From NCBI GenBank assembly GCA_051294375.1, contig CM119266.1, forward strand, positions 26,292,851 to 26,356,850: a DNA stretch of 64,000 nucleotides. Reading direction: 5' to 3'. Source of the stretch: Paraspadella gotoi. Taxonomy: Eukaryota > Animalia > Chaetognatha. Under the pieces are notes generated by a model, which saw nothing but the letters and a program-made list of their open reading frames with translations, was not told where the DNA came from and did no database searches. Of this stretch, positions 63,416 to 64,000 are shown piece by piece. Numbering within the stretch: the stretch's first letter is position 1; each line of letters starts with the position of its first letter. The translations under genes were made by a program, and so were the position numbers.

Positions 63416-64000
63416 TGAGGTGGCCAAATGAAAAAGTTTTGTACGAACAGTAGTAAAAGTTTTTTTGGGTAGCGCAAGATTTTATTTCAATTGGTGCCAA
63501 CCAAAGCAGATCCAGATTAGTGTTTGCCAAGCACGCCAGTGTCCATTTTAACGATCAATCATTCGACAATTGATTTAGTGGCCGACAAAAAAAACAAGTC
63601 TCCACTGACGCTTTCGATTGGCTGTTAACCCGTGCGCGCGCTCTCTTCTCTTTCCTGATTTATTAATCAACGTCTCGGAGTCCAGTACTGTACTTCTTCT
63701 CCTTCTAAAACTCAATTTGAAAATATTCTCTTCATCAAAAATAAATGCAAGTTACAAAAAGTCATAAATTAAAAAACGTGTTTAAAAATTATTTGTGGCT
63801 AAACCAAAAAAGTTTTTTTGGTTATTAAAAGCTTATTCAATAGCCTATATTTTCTGTTAATTTAAACCAATTTGAACAATTTTCGTTTAACAAATTATGA
63901 TAAAAATTGAAAATGAAAATTTTTGACTTGACAACATTAATATTAATTCATAGGCAAACTATAAATGATTTAAGGAAAAAAATTAACCCAGAGGTAAAGA

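Noticed and set aside
63046-63453. Hydrophobic 135-aa ORF
   Set aside because: A product of the CT-rich low-complexity tract.

Overview
Eukaryotic (invertebrate animal) genomic DNA with AT-rich, mostly 45-90 bp introns. Bases 1-45.4 kb hold 16 genes, all on the minus strand and tightly packed: PKA-RI (5' part), a scramblase, KLHDC2 with a PKA catalytic-subunit-like kinase nested in one intron, BANF1, IMP4, GLYCTK, LZTR1, an Ig/LDLa membrane protein, a sulfotransferase, SRP72, CDC50A, TM9SF2, EEF1G, HSPBP1 and CEP43/FGFR1OP. Unpaired splice acceptors upstream of several start codons suggest an SL-trans-spliced operon. A repeat-rich spacer, a plus-strand C2H2 zinc-finger gene and a minus-strand M14 carboxypeptidase follow. 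The most striking non-coding signal is a family of miniature LTR elements: one complete TRIM at 59053-59742 and two solo LTRs at 16202-16454 and 29468-29679. Their LTRs combine a tRNA-derived Pol III promoter with a P5-type twister ribozyme fold whose pseudoknot covaries across copies. Also present are Penelope-type minimal hammerhead motifs, DINE/HINE-like elements, Tc1/mariner-type MITEs and minisatellites. Gene calls come from recognising hand translations; no searches were run, and exon boundaries are approximate unless stated.
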